64,000 nt of DNA from Octopus sinensis (taxonomy: Eukaryota), in NCBI RefSeq assembly GCF_006345805.1, contig NC_043003.1:93744001-93808000 (forward strand). The letters are read 5' to 3'. This document shows, piece by piece, positions 39,132-54,368 of the stretch. The position numbers and the translations under genes were made by a program. The notes below the pieces were generated by a model, which was not told where the DNA came from, ran no database searches, and saw nothing but the letters and a program-made list of their open reading frames with translations. How positions within the stretch are numbered: the first letter of the stretch is position 1; each line of letters starts with the position of its first letter.

Positions 39132-39590
39132 GCTAGTGTATGCTAATTTAGTTAGCAAGCATTTTATCTTGAGGTTTGGTGATAACAAGTCCCCTTAAAT
39201 CTTAAGAATCTTTCTTTAGCTTTTGTAGAATATAGGATGGTACTTTTCTGCAAATCAACTAAGTGAGTTTCGATTCGAACTTTTTTCAGTCTTTTAGGTA
39301 GTACGTTGGGTGTTGTACCAAGTGCACCAATGTTGTCTTGGTCTTCCACAGTCTCCCCAGCTCTCTCTTGGTATTTCTAAATTTCTTTACAATTTTTTTG
39401 GTATCGACTCTGCTAGCTATCATAGGGAATTTCAAAATATATGAGTTTACAGTTTGTTTATTTTGTCCTCCATAATCATGTTTAGTCTTCTTGCCTCAGT
39501 AGTATGGTTAGTCTATGTGGGGAATTCCCATAAGATCTTGTATTTTTATTTTCTATCACTGCCCCTGGTTCATGTTCATAACGCAATTTC
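39067..39590 (-). mobile_element. RLE-type (R4/Dong-like) non-LTR element 3' remnant with trinucleotide tail
   Basis: NIGALGTTPNVLPKRLKKVRIETHLVDLQKSTILYS resembles the RLE C-terminal IGALG...QK motif; adjacent (tac)n array at 39067-39128. Confidence 0.6.
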
Positions 39591-39699
39591 TGTTGTTTTA
39601 TTTTTATGTTTTTTGATTTATTATTAGTATTGCTTAATATGATTTGCTAAAATTGCTGTTTCTTTTCAGATATCGTCAGAAAAACGGTAATTAAAATTC

Positions 39700-40200
39700 A
39701 TTAAAATGACAGATCTATCGAACTTCAAAGCAGTCAAATTGATGGTGTTTGTACGGCAGCTGTTAGTACAACGAACAGCTGAAATGTTTGGTGTATCAAT
39801 ACATACTGTCTCGAAAGTAATGACAGCCTTTAAGAAAGAGAGAAGAACCTACTCGTCGAAACAAAACTGCGGAAGAAACCAAAACTTTCAGATAGAGACC
39901 GTCGGGCTCTTACGCAGCTTGTTAGAAAAGATCACAAAAGTACAGCTCCCAAAATTACTGCAGAGCTTAATGACCACCTCGAGAACCCAGTTTCCACAAA
40001 AAACTGTTCGCCGGGAGCTGCTCATAGCCAGATTTCACGAGAGGGCTGCAATCTGAAAAGCACTACTTTCAAAAAGAAACGTTGCAAAGTGTTTAGAGTG
40101 GCGTAAAAACCTACAGAATTGGTCCCTAGAGCAGTGGAAGAATGTCATCCTTTACCTTATTTCCGACCACCGGTCGAGTATACACGTGGAGACAACCAAA
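39700..40200 (+). mobile_element. Tc1-family transposase fragment
   Basis: RTAEMFGVSIHTVSKV...CGR..KLSDRDRRAL...VSTKTVRREL...NWSLEQWKNV. Confidence 0.85.
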
Positions 40201-40573
40201 AGACTAAAACCCTCTAAGGTGGTGCTCCAGCATGGCTGCAGTCAAATGATTGAAACAAGTAAAATAGCAAAGGGATATGTATGAATGTATGTGTGAGTGT
40301 GTGTGTGCGCGAAGGCCTTTTTCCTAGTGGTTAGTGTGTTGCAGTCAGGATTGCAAGATTGTGTTTTCTGTCCTTACAACATTTGTGCGTTGTGTCCTTC
40401 AGCACAACACTTCATTTCACGTTCCTCCAGTCCACACAGCTGTAAACGGGCAAAACTGCAACGGACTGGTATTCTAGGAGGACGGTATCACTCGAAAGTT
40501 ATAGCAATGCGAAGAACCACGTTATAGCCAGCGAAGTTTCATAAAATCCATTCGTCCGGTCGATAAAATGCTC

Positions 40574-40728
<155 letters not shown>

Positions 40729-40740
40729 CACACAAGCATA

Positions 40741-40797
<57 letters not shown>

Positions 40798-40851
40798 ATA
40801 TAAGAATTTACGAAAAAATAAAAGACGAAGACAGGTGGTGTACAAAACAAA

Positions 40852-40882
<31 letters not shown>

Positions 40883-40983
40883 TGTATGTATGTATGTATG
40901 CATGTATGCATGTATGTATGTATGTATGTATGTATGTATGTATGTATGTATGTGTGTTAAAATGCTTCTGTGAAAATATCTTT

Positions 40984-41393
40984 CTTTTCTCTTTCTCTTT
41001 TACTTGTTTCAGTCATTTGACGGCGGCCATGCTGGAGCACCGCCTTTAATCGAGCAACTCGACTCCGGGACTTATTCTTTGTAAGCCTAGTACTTATTCT
41101 ATCGGTCTCTTTTTTGCCGAACCGCTAGATGACGGGGACGTAAACACACCAGCATCGGTTGTCAAGCAATGCTAGGGGGACAAACAGACACACAAACACA
41201 CACACTCATATATATATATATACATATATACGACAGGCTTCTTTCAGTTTCCGTCTACCAAATCCACTCACAAGGCATTGGTTGGCCCGGGGCTATAGCA
41301 GAGGACACTTGCCCAAGATGCCACGCAGTGGGACTGAATCCGGAACCATGTGGTTGGTTAGCAAGCTACTTACCACACAGCCACTCCTGCGCC
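40984..41393 (-). mobile_element. Full-length tRNA-derived CORE-type SINE (family C) with internal microsatellite
   Basis: Head ggcgcaggagtggctgtgtggtaag...gattcagtcccac, CORE-like cttgggcaagt, internal (TA)/(TG), tail gactgaaacaagtaaaagag. Other copies at ~14442-14585, 17805-17980, 21070-21230, 42200-42630, 56058-56210 and 58285-58510. Confidence 0.8.
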
Positions 41394-42391
41394 TATATAT
41401 AGATTTTTTACATCAGCATAAGGCTAATTCTATAGAAAGGTACATTTTTTGTGGAAGAGTACATTGGATTGAAGTTCACAGATTGGATTATTCTATAATT
41501 CAATTCTCGCTGTTCATTTGCAGCAATTTCAACTTTTCTGAAAACGAAATGGCACATTAAAGAATGTAAGAGTTATTCCCCTGCATTCGTTGGTTTTACT
41601 ATTTTACAAAACAGTCATGGGAGACCTTTTTTTCGAGAAGCGTGCCTCATGAATCCCATGACTCATTATCATGAGGGCCGTACTCTTATAAAAATATTCA
41701 AGGTTAGTTTTCGTTAGGCGTACTATTCAGAAACCCCAGCCAGCCGCAGGTTACCCATGACTGTTATAAACGTAAAAAAATATATTATTGAATGCGGTAT
41801 AATATCGAAATAAAACTATTTAATAAAAAGACTTAGAAATTGTTGATGTCAGTTTGCATTTTGATGCTCTAGAATAAGAAAGTGGATTTGTTGTCTTGTC
41901 ATCCGAGACTTCATCGCTTCGTGATAAAGTCATGATCAGTTAGTACAGAAAAATTGATTTTTTGATTTTCAATATTTCCTTATTAACGCCGTCGAATTGC
42001 GGTTGACTGAATTTTTGAATCCATAATGAGTAACATTTCTCTCTAATAAACTGTCATTTCTATTCATTTTTGTAATTGTAGTTAGTAGATCATTAGGTCG
42101 TGGGGGGTGGGGGTGGGAATGTTTTCACCCGAATTTGAAGACAAATTCAGTGAGAATTGTCCAAAATAAGTCCCAAATAGTTACATTTTGTGAATTTTTA
42201 TCTTTTACTTATTTCAGTCATTAAACTGCGGTCATGCTGGGGCACCGACTTCAAGAACATTTAGCCGAAGGAATCAACCGTAGTACTTTTATTCTTTTTT
42301 TTAAAAACCTAATTCTTATTCTATCGGTCTGTTTTGCCGAACCGTTAAGTTTCCAGGACGTAAACACATCAACACTAGTTGTTAAGCGGTG

Positions 42392-42435
<44 letters not shown>

Positions 42436-45400
42436 ACACACACACACACAGACACACAGACACACACACACACACACACACATACGGCGGGCTTCTTTCA
42501 GTTTCCCTCTCTCAAATCCACTTACAAAGCTTTGGTCAGTTTGAGGTTATAGTAGAAGGCACTTGCTCAAGGTGCCACGCAGTGGGACTGAACTCAGAAC
42601 CATATGGTTGGGAAGCAAATACCCATGCCTGTGCCTTACTGATATTAACACAAGTCAAGCAATTTTCGAGAGAGGGCGTTAGCTAGTTCACCATGAGTTT
42701 AATAATAATGGTTTGAAAATTAAAATCTTTGGTTGGGGACAAGTCCATAAATTTATATATAAAAAATGTTAATGTGATACAGTTATATATTAATACCTTT
42801 ATTGTAGAAGACCAGCGTATATGAAATGAAATTGCCTTTATTATGCATTGACGTATTCGTTCACGTGTCTCCAGGTCTCCAGGTTGGATATTATAGCCAT
42901 GACATTTCGGTGGTTGTACGCTTCCGACCTTTTTTAAGTACCTAACGTATTCCACAATGTTCTCCCAATTTATAAGCGAGCCGTTTATCAATTCCATGAG
43001 GATAGTTTGTTCGCATCCCATAACCCAAACCAGATGTATTGGTTTCAAATTTTGGCACAAGGCCAGCAAGTTCGGGGAGAGAAATTGTCGATTACATCAC
43101 TCCAGTATTTAATTCTCTGTGTTTTGAGGTGTCATAATTTTTCTTGGAGGGGAACATTAGTGTATGATTGAAAAAAATGTGTATCTTTGTTTTGATTTGA
43201 ATTTATTGTTTCCATTTTGTCCCCGTTTTTCTCCCCATTCACTTACCACCTTCTTATGTAAACTGTCGTTTTTCACTAAATTACGAAAAATAAAATTGCT
43301 TATTTTTTTTTTTACTAGTGTTCATCATCATATCGCTGATGCTCTTTCCTTTGAGTTTATTTTGCATTATCAAGACTGGATTTATGTAAGGGTCAATGTG
43401 GTTATGGCCCATATGTCTCCAATTTTGATTTTCGTTGGGGGTTTAGCTCAGAGAAACCTAAAGATTGGAGTTAAAAACTGAAAAACATATTTACAGTAAA
43501 TAAAATTTTTTAAATCCAGGTGAGTTATTTAAAATTTATTGATCCCACTGTTAACTTATTGGACCCTTTCAGATTAAAAAAAAATACTATTATATTCATC
43601 TGAGTTCATCTGAATCTACTGAATTTCTTATAAGTTTTTTTCCCCACTTCAAACCGTTTGGGAACCCTAGATTTAATGGGGCTGTAACGAATAACTTCCT
43701 AGATTCTTGGCCAACATTCGAACCCTAGCCTAAATTTTTCTATCAGTTCCTTTCTGTTGTTCTCAGGATTTGCATTAAGAAATTTATAAATGTCTACTTT
43801 TACATCTTATAATAATTCTGCTTGTCATCACGTTACTTAGCCCGTCGGTAACGCTTTCACGTGATTACAGAAACAGAGGGTGAAAGAAAAGAGAGAGAAA
43901 AAGAGGGCGAGAGAATTGTCCCTGACGTGAGATAGAGGGAGCGTAATTGTAACGCTTTCACGCGATTAGTTGAAGGGAAACGAGGAACGTGTTTTCAAGG
44001 GAGATAATCAAAGAACGTAACATTGTAATACTTCATTTAAAGTAAATATAACAAATGAAAAATCCTTCAAGAATCCATAAAAATTCCCGGATCACTACCA
44101 AAATTTCATCATCCCGTTCCTTGTATCATTACCAACTTTTCTTGCAAGTTTCATCAAATACCGTTCACAACTTTTTGAGTTATTTTGCACATAGACGGAT
44201 AGACGGACAAACCAACGCCAATGAAAACATAACCTCCTTACTTGGCGGAGGTAACAATATTTTAGTTTATAATTCCACGTTATAATAATTACAAGTTTCT
44301 TTTTTAATTTGAAAAACAAGACACATTGTTTCTAAAAAGCCGACTACGAACTGAAAAATAAATTTGAACAAGATAACTTTGTTGTATCTGTTCATTCTCA
44401 ATATATTTTAGCAGATTCAAGCGTGAATATCTGATTTCTGTTGTTTTTCCTCAACAGAGAACACCTGCTCCCTTTAGACGAAGTGTGTTCATAATAGATG
44501 CTATTCAACAGTGTAAGAGGACTTTGAGACACTGTGGTTTATCAATATTATTGTGTGTCTTCTTTGTTAAAAATAGACCGATCAACCAACAAGAGAACTA
44601 GGTCTTATTTTATAGAAATCGTCAAAAAATTATTTACTTATGAATGCTGATGTCTGTTAAACAGATAATAATTTATGTGGTGCATGCAGAATAGTGAGAA
44701 TCCTAACCATAACATATCTATTCATTCTTACTACGTTTTAGCAGATTCGAACATGAATATTTTGGTCGATGTTGCTTTTCATCACGACAAAAATCCCTAA
44801 CAGCAAAATGCATGAGGTGAAAATACGACAAAGGGAAAATAAACACGGAAAAATTTCCTAAAGTGAAAGAAATTTACGGCGAATATAGCTGTCAGAAAAT
44901 TGACAAGTTCTGATTAAAAAGTAAATAAAATAACCAGTTCACACGAAATTGTGTAAACCATTTTCGCATCCGCCACACCCTAACAATCGCTCATCTCTAT
45001 TACCAATCGATTTCTCTCACTCCAGCAAACATGTAACTTGGTGTTTTATTACTCCCCGAAGCGTTGTCACTCTTCAATCACTCTGCCCCTGATCACATGC
45101 CCGAACCTCTCACCAACTCACCGCTGTTAAGGCTTCCTCTTCTAACAATCCTCTCTTGCTAACACACCCTGAATGAACAGAATTACTCTTGTATCAAGAG
45201 AGCCCCTTTAGCCTTGTGGAGGATGACACTCTCTATTCTCATTACCACAATGAAATGCAACCAGTACACTCTGTAAAAATTTACTGATGCTGCCCAGCTA
45301 ATTAAAAATCCAGCCTGCTACTTGTTATTTTTTCTTTTTACACAGCAGATCCATAGGAGATGTTATCTTAGGACAAATACTGCAGTACTTGCCCACCGAC

Positions 45401-45450
45401 ATTGTGCATAAATTAAGTATAATATATATAGATCTCTCTCTTCCTCTTTC

Positions 45451-45538
<88 letters not shown>

Positions 45539-45542
45539 TCCT

Positions 45543-45584
<42 letters not shown>

Positions 45585-45590
45585 CTTCCT

Positions 45591-45634
<44 letters not shown>

Positions 45635-47959
45635 GGGAGGATTCATGTATTAATATAACGCTCGAGAATGGAAAAAAGTCTTTAACGTTTCGAGCCTACG
45701 CTCTTCCACAGAAAGAAACTCAGAAAGAAACAAGTAGAGAAAAAAGGAGAGAACACTAATATATCTTGAACTACGTATACGATAAACAAGGATTCAACCT
45801 CCAAATACCTTCGACACTGCACTCATTTGTTTTCTCTAATTGCTGGAGATGAAAAGTCTTGCGGCATTTGATTCAACTCTCTCTGCTATGACTTAAATTC
45901 CACTGAGGCCAACTTTGCTTTTCATCTCTTCAAACTGATAAACATATGGTAGATTAGTTGAACTCTTAGATGACCGCTTGAGACACCATACGTTCTCTCA
46001 GTAATGCCTTCAATGACACTGGAGCCAAACCGAATCGATGCTGATTGGCCGCCTTTCCCTTGGGTAGACATCGTGGGATGACTTTTATTCACAAGCAACT
46101 GCTAGTCTTCGTCTGGAAATCTTACTTAAACCTGTATGTACATGTGCAGATGCGCGATTGATCTTAACTAAAAGAGGCCCTACGTGCACACGCGTGCACG
46201 CACACCACATACGTACGTACGTATGTATGTATGTATGTATGTATGTATGTATGTATGTATGTATGTATGTATGTATGCATGCATGTATGTATTTATGTAT
46301 ATATGTATGTATGAATTATGAAAGCAATGGACACAAAACAACATAAAACAAGACAGAACAAGAGGGAGAAATAGTGGTAAATATTGCATCAGCTTCACGG
46401 TTAAAGGAAAGTGTCTTGACATTTCGGACGCTAGTCCTTTAACGGAAGAGAACAGAAGAAAAATAAAAGGTGAGACTGAAAGAGTAAAAATAACTGGGAG
46501 AAGAAGAAAAAGGGTGATTAGAGGGCAGGTGGAAACGGTTAAATAAGCAGGTTAAGAAATATATACAATTATGCATGTGTGTATGTGTGTGCGCGCACGC
46601 GTGTATGTATGTACATATTTTCTTAGGCACAAGCTCAACTGAGATATTGTTTTGTCACTCATTCAAAACAGCATATCGTCTTCATTAAAAAATATATTTT
46701 GCAAGTTGAAACAATTGTAAACATTTGGTGATTGCAAGGCTTGTAAAACTAATATTCTAGACATAAGTAGATAGAAAAGCAAACACAAGGTTTTGGCTAT
46801 GGTACAAAACGTAAGTTAACGACAGTGAAAGCATGGTGGTTGAATCAAGAGTAAGTGAACAGAGTATTCTTTTAAAGTCACAGAATTAGGATAACCTAAG
46901 TCTCAAAAACTCATATCATGGAATGCTGAAAATAATTCAGCTTCAATGATGTATGTGATTAAGCTAATAAGTAAATATAATTACACAAAATTACATAAAA
47001 ACTCGCTATAAATTGAATAATTTAAGCGTAACAAAAACGCATTTACATATCCGGTATTCGTGTTGTGTATCAGTTAGTAAATAGATACGTAAATCTGCAG
47101 ATAAACGCAATTATCCGATGCTTCAACTAGTCCCAAATCAATCTCAAAAGCTTGGACTATAAAGAAGCTATCATATTAGTAAATTCTATTGTTAAATTAG
47201 TTCATTATTGTCAGCCAAGCTATAGATTGCAACAGTAAAAGATTGGATCGAAACAATATATTTGTTACGCTCTTTTCCTGCATGCTTCTGGTACATATCC
47301 CATCACGTTCACCTTCCATAAAAAATATAAAAAATAAACACACAATTAATATTGATTTCGTTTCATTGATCATAAGACAAGGGAATGTATATAGCCGATT
47401 ACTTCGACTGGGATTTCATTCATCATTTTATTGATGAAGTATAATGATATTTCGATAAACGTGTACATACAGGCAATTACGAGTGTACAATAACTTATTG
47501 ACTAAATAATGTTAGTGGGTATTGTCAGACAGAAAAGATATAGAGGATTTGAAATAACTCCAATTGGGAAAACCTAATATTTGTTATTGGTGTTTAATCC
47601 CTTATCAGCCCTAATCGAACAGACTTAAGACGAAAGGCATTCCAGTCGTGACCGTCTTATATTTTTTCCAGACAACACGGTCAAGAATGCATTATCTAAA
47701 AAATTAGGAGGGTGTAAATTGAGGAAGTTTTGACTGTTATTTCTGACAAGCTGAGTAACTACGTTGAGCTCCACCCATGGTTCGTTAAAGATTAGGTACT
47801 TAAACTCAATACATGTGTTTTGTTCCAGATATACTGTGACTCTGCTAATAAAATTCATGCTGTGCACAGGGCTTCTGAGAGAATGGTGTAGTCAGTAGAT
47901 CAAGCCTGGGATCTCGAAAAGCAAAGGAAGAGTATGTGACTATCTGATGAGCCCTTTTC

Positions 47960-48256
<297 letters not shown>

Positions 48257-48639
48257 TTTCAACATTTTACAATCCCGAAAGCAGTTTTGTTCCGCCTTGC
48301 CAAATTTTTCTTGAATATTTCAGCATGCACGAATTTATTGTAGAATTTAATGTCAGAAACCGGGCACATTGTACTCCCCAACACTTCTATTCCGTTTGTT
48401 TTAGTATATGTCAGATGTTGTTGTTGCTGTTGTTTTGGATCTAGTCGGCCCCGATCGAGTAGATCTACTTTCAACGTCATTCCAGCTCTAACGATTCCAC
48501 CTTTTTGTTTTCTTTCCTCCCAAACATGTTGTAAGCTGTACTATATTATTCGATATAACCATTTGAGAACCACAGTAGAGTTTAATAGGGAGCTATGTGG
48601 TTGCTCGACTTGCCAGAAACAAAAGCCAAACATCCACTA

Positions 48640-49195
48640 AATGCTTAGCAGCATTTCGTCGGTCTGTACGTATTGAGTTCAAATTCTGACAGATCGATTT
48701 TTGCCATTCGTCCTTTCGGGGTCGACGAAATAAGTACTTGTCAAGCACCGAGGTCAATGTAACCAACTTGCTACCTTCTCCCCTCCAAATTTCAGGATAT
48801 GTCCTTATAAAGAAAAGGATTATTTACCTCATGGTTGAGTTAAAATTCTACCGAAGTAGACTTTACTCTTCAATCCATGTCGGAGTCTATAAAATAAGTA
48901 CCTGTTGAACAATGGGATCGACGTAATCGACTTCCCTAAAATTGCTAGCATTGTACTAAAATTTGCAATCTTTATTTAAGGCAGCGAACTGGCAGAATCG
49001 TTAGTGACTGGGGCAAATGCTTTGTAGTACTTCTTCTTGCTCTTTATGTACTGAGTTCGAATTCCATCGAGGTCGACTTTTCCTTTTATAATTTCGGAGT
49101 TGATGACATAAATACTAGTCGAATACTTGGGTCGATGTAATCAACTAATCTCCATCCACAAAAATTGCTAGTTTTGTGCCAAAATTTAAAAACTA
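48640..49195 (+). mobile_element. Three head-to-tail degenerate family B SINE copies
   Basis: Three occurrences of gagtt.aa.ttc...tcgg.gt.Ka..aaataa.tac...ggtc.atgtaa.c.act. Confidence 0.7.
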
Positions 49196-50281
49196 TTATT
49201 TAGTTCAAGGTCCGTTGTTAAGGAGCAAAACTATCATAAAATGCATTCTGACAAGTATCACAAGTTATTATTTTTAAGTACTATTTTAGACTTGGGTGTG
49301 ACAGGAGGTGGGTAGAGGATTTGCTTGTCACTTTTAGGAGTTTGGTCAACTCTGCAGTGATACTTTCATTGGCTAGTTTGTATATGTCAATAAGTTCGAG
49401 CCGTGGGTAGTGGGCTTAATCGAAACGCAACAGTTACTGTTCCTCTGAGCTAATCATTGTTGTTACTCATATCAATAGAATGTTTGGAGCCCAATGAGGC
49501 TATTTTTGCGTTTCTATTTTCGTATCAGAATATCTAGGGTAATATCGATAGGATGCCGTTGTAAAAATCTTTCGGTCTATTTTAAATTGTATCGGTATCG
49601 GATACTAAATCTTAATTACTTCGCTTTTGCTAACGATGAATTAATTCATTGTGTTTTATTTTTCTTTCTAAAATTACATATAGCTTCGATTTCAGACTAG
49701 ATTTACTTATGTTTAAAGTACATGCATTATTATTTTAAATAAGAATGAATTCTTCTTCCCCTCCTGTACCACCCCGCTTCTTAAAAAAATAACCATTTCT
49801 CACCATTTACATCTTAATCTAAATCTAGTACAAAATTGAATTGCATGGCTAATATATGTATTTACTATACAATACATACATACATGGTGGCTGCCCCCTC
49901 GTTATCGAGTATGGCCATTGCACGAAGCTTAACCAATGTTGTTATCGTGCAATGTCTGTGCAAGAAGATTTTTTTTTAAGTGAGGAAAGGCTGTGCACTG
50001 AGTCAATCCCACTCACTAAGCAACAGCAGCCATAATCCGAAAAGAAGAATAAGTCAACATCATCAGTAACCACTAAGCCGCAGGTTTTACGTCGGAGTTA
50101 TCCCAGTTACCTGAGTCACCTTCTCCTAGAGGGATGCCTTAACAAAGTCTAGGAGTCCTTCACTCCCAGTGGTTTAACCGCGCGATCGGGTATTCAGTCC
50201 GATTATTTCTATGTCCCTACGCATGATACAGCCTTAAGGCATTTATTGGATGGCCGTTGACTCTCAAGAGTTCCTCCGCCC

Positions 50282-50313
<32 letters not shown>

Positions 50314-50632
50314 CATACATACATACATACATACATACATACATACATACATACATACGTACGTACGTACATACATAATGCATACATACATACATACATA
50401 CATACATACATACATACATACATACATACATACATACATACATACATACATCGGTAGTGTATAGTGTAATCACCGATTAAAGATATGATTTTCTCCATTC
50501 TTATTCTTGTTATCTTAAACTCTGAATTTCCTGGTATCTGATTGTTTGTTATAGTTAACCAAATTCGTTTAACACCGAGTGGTCTATTGATATCTGCCTG
50601 GATTGATTAATCCTTTTTACTTATGATATATA

Positions 50633-50727
<95 letters not shown>

Positions 50728-50959
50728 ATATGAAAGAATGTGTAAATGCATATACATTCATAGTCATTTACGTATGTAAAGAAACATACAGATCCAAAAT
50801 GAATCAATCAGAACTCATTGGTTGAAGAGATTTTAAATTAGTGTAGATACACAATAGTGTCTCCAGGGGGAATGTATCTAGTCATAACGGTTATTCAAAT
50901 CCATACATACATAATACATACATAGTACGTACATACATACATGCATACAAGACACGCAT

Positions 50960-51000
<41 letters not shown>

Positions 51001-51299
51001 CATATATATGCATACATACACACATATACATACATACATACTCATATATACATGCATGCATACATGCACACATACATACATGCGTAAACATAACTATACA
51101 TAAGTATATACGTACCCACACATATATACACATGCGTATTCATAGCTGTGTACGTAAGTGCACAGATATAAACTTTCTTTCACATACGTACATACATTGT
51201 ACGTATAATCATACATTTATATACACTATATAATTTTCAAATTAGTTTATAAGAATATGTTAAAGTACAGTTATTGATGTAAGGTAATGCAAGCTGCGA

Positions 51300-52810
51300 T
51301 ATCGTTTATTATAAGTTGTATAGTCAATGTTACTTATTTATATATAAATATATGGAAAGAAGAGAATTACTTGAGTTGATATAATAGCTCCAAAGGGTTC
51401 CGAAAAAAATCCAATAAATGGACACATATTAATTTTAGTTTGTTACATAGGCAAATGATTATTAAATATATATGGTTAATGATATTAAGTAATTATAGTA
51501 ATAAATGTTAAATTATAGTAAATAATGTAAGGGTATGGAGCCAAAAATATTGCGAAATAAAAGTGTTATAATTATTATTATTTAGTTACGTGTAAATACA
51601 CAGGAGAAAGAGAATAACGATAGCAGAGTTAATGACACCCAAGAGTTCAGAAAAATTCTTCAAATATAAGGGCGCGTATTAACTTCAATTTATTATTAAT
51701 ATTATATATTTTTAGTTATGTTATCCTATAATGTAATTAAACATTTTAAAATTAAACTTAGGGAATACAAGAAATACTTTTTTCTTTTCGCGAGTTAAGT
51801 AAATATTTTTTTAAAGTAAGAATTATAAAATACTCTTCGGTACAAAAGTCACATCTCCTGTTTGAGATTCTATAAGAACTTGCAGAACAAATGATGTCCC
51901 ATCTAATTTTAAATTCAATGTTAGTATCCTTTAAATCCCGTATGAACTTACTTAATCCGCTGGAATTAATGTTTTGTCCATTCTTAAAACTCTGTAGATG
52001 GTTAGACACGCTGAGTTTAATCCTATTTTCGGTAGAGCCTATATAATAATATTTTTTTCCTGGGATTCTACTATACATTGGTAGACTATGTTATCTTTCT
52101 TACATGAATGTTTATATCTACAATTATTTTTGACTTTGCGGTCACAATATTCATTTACAAGTCTATGTGTATATTTATTAGAAGAATTGATAATAAGGGA
52201 ATTAGTATGGGTTATTTTCCTTCGGTCGTTCGGGGATCTAAGATTAAGTTGAGATGAATTAATATCTTGGATATTATCATTATCACCCAGCAGTTTATTA
52301 ATAGAAGAATTATTAATTCTACGTTTATTTTCACTACTAGTTTTAGCTTTCATTGAATTACCAAACTTTTCAGTTTTAGTTTTTCCCTTATAATTAATTC
52401 TAACATATCTATTTATATCGTTTGGTCGATGGTATTTTATCTTTATATCCAGTCTTAGCTAGAGCCATGTTATAAAAATCTACGTGTTTCATGAATATGT
52501 CTTCATTAGATGACAGATATGTTTGTCTTTTCCCAATGTTGGAGACTAATGCGTTTATAATTGATCTTGGATGATTACTTAGGAAAGTAATGTAGCTTAA
52601 ATTTGTATTTAATTTATGAAAAGGTTCGTGCTAACCGGTTAGATTGAAATTAGCATAGAAAAAGTTAACTGAGTTACTATCTTTTTCAATAGATACGGAA
52701 AGTTCATGTCTCTTGAAAAATTTATAAAATCGTTTCTTAAATAATTCTAATTTTCTATTAGATGCATTCATGATGACAAAAAGTGCACCATCCCTATACA
52801 ATCAACTCTA
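51300..52810 (-). mobile_element. Penelope-like element remnant (RT + Cys-rich linker + GIY-YIG), possibly Hydra clade
   Basis: LYRDGALF, SNHPRSII, CKKDNIVYQC, YYIGSTENRIK..NHLQSF and RCDFCTEE...LLNSRKE, followed by an AT-rich tail. Confidence 0.85.
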
Positions 52811-53417
52811 ATTTCATTAATCATGCAGGTAGTACAAAAGGTAGATTCATAAATGACAGAAATAGTTTGATGAAATTTTATGCCCCAGCATGGCCGCGGC
52901 CTTCGGGCTAAAACATTTTTAAGGATTTAAGGAATAAGAAAATTCTAATATCACAACAAATTGTTTCGTAACTTAAAAACATGTAAATAATTAATATTAT
53001 ATATTTAATAATAAATAAGTTACTTACATGTTTCCACTTATGCAAAAGGCAAAAGTTCCTTCTAAATAATGCAGAATTTAAGCTATGTATATTGTAACAC
53101 ACATACACGTATATGTGTATATATACATATATATATATACATACACACACACACACACACATATAATTGTAGGTAGTTTTCACACATTAGCGTCTCCTAG
53201 CAAGCAGTCGGTCTCGTATTCGTACGTGTTAGCTCCTGATATATATATATTTTATATATCAATTTATAAAATGATTAATTTTACCGTAACCAGTTGATTG
53301 CATGCTAGCTACCTGATAAAATCTAACATAGATTTTATTTTCAATTTTTTTAATAAGAAAATACATATTTTTAATATATCATTTCACCCAAACCAAAATT
53401 ATTCAATGCTGAATTAT

Positions 53418-54227
53418 CATCATCATTGTTCGACCGTGGTCGAGACAATGGAATTTACTATGTTGCGCCAGAATTCACGGTCCATCATAGCATTACGGAG
53501 GTCCTGTTGCTGGATGCCTGTATCCCTGGAGATTACATCAGGGTAGGAGAGTGTGCGCCCTCTGGTGTTGCGAGTAGATGGCCTCCAGAGGAGAAGAGTA
53601 GAAATTACTTCTTTTTCAGCTCTACAACAATGTCCAGCAAACTGGACTCTCCTACCTTTCACAAGAGATGACACAGGTGGTAATTCCCATATATTGCATT
53701 TTAGTTGGATGGCGCCTCCACGAGAGATTTTGAGCTCTCATAAGGAGGCGAGTGTAGGTTCCATCCAACCGCCTCTCAAGCTTCTTTGATAACGTCCAGG
53801 TTTCTGAGCCATATAGTAGGATTGGTTCGACTGTGGCTTTGAATATTTCAAGTTTGAAGTCTCTACTTAGATTTGATGACCAGATCTTATGCATGTCATT
53901 ACAGGCTGACCATGCCATACCCTTTCTAGTTAGAAAGTCTTTTCCAGATGATGATATGTATGACCCAAGATATTTATAATCAGAAACCATATTTAAAGGT
54001 GCACTGTTGAGAGTGTGGATAATGCAATCACTGATGGACAGGCACTTGTTTATGTATTCAGTTTTGGCCTCATTGAGGTAAAGACCTACACAGTTTGAGG
54101 CTTGTTCAAGAGATTGTAAAAGAGACTGGGCATTGGAGAGAGAATCACTGATAAGAGCGATGTCGTCAGCAAAGTCAGTGTCTGTCAAGTACTCAGCTGG
54201 GTGTCTGGAACTTCTTCTTGGTTTTAT
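53418..54227 (-). mobile_element. 5'-truncated RTE-clade LINE with 16-bp TSD
   Basis: DTDFADDIALIS...VGLYLNEAKTEY...YKYLGS...ILLYGSETW; (atg)n tail; ttcaatgctgaattat duplicated at 53402-53417 and 54228-54243. Confidence 0.92.
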
Positions 54228-54368
54228 TTCAATGCTGAATTATACGGTTATTAACACATAGTCGAAATAAACGATATCAGATTTTTGAATTTTTACTCTG
54301 TATATAAGTACGAACAACGTATTTACGGTGCGGAGCTTCTTCGTGTTTATGTGCATTGACCTGGTTGT

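Noticed and set aside
41320-41393. tRNA-like sequence (also ~56058-56120 and 57276-57365)
   Set aside because: A/B-box SINE heads followed by SINE bodies; no complete cloverleaf.
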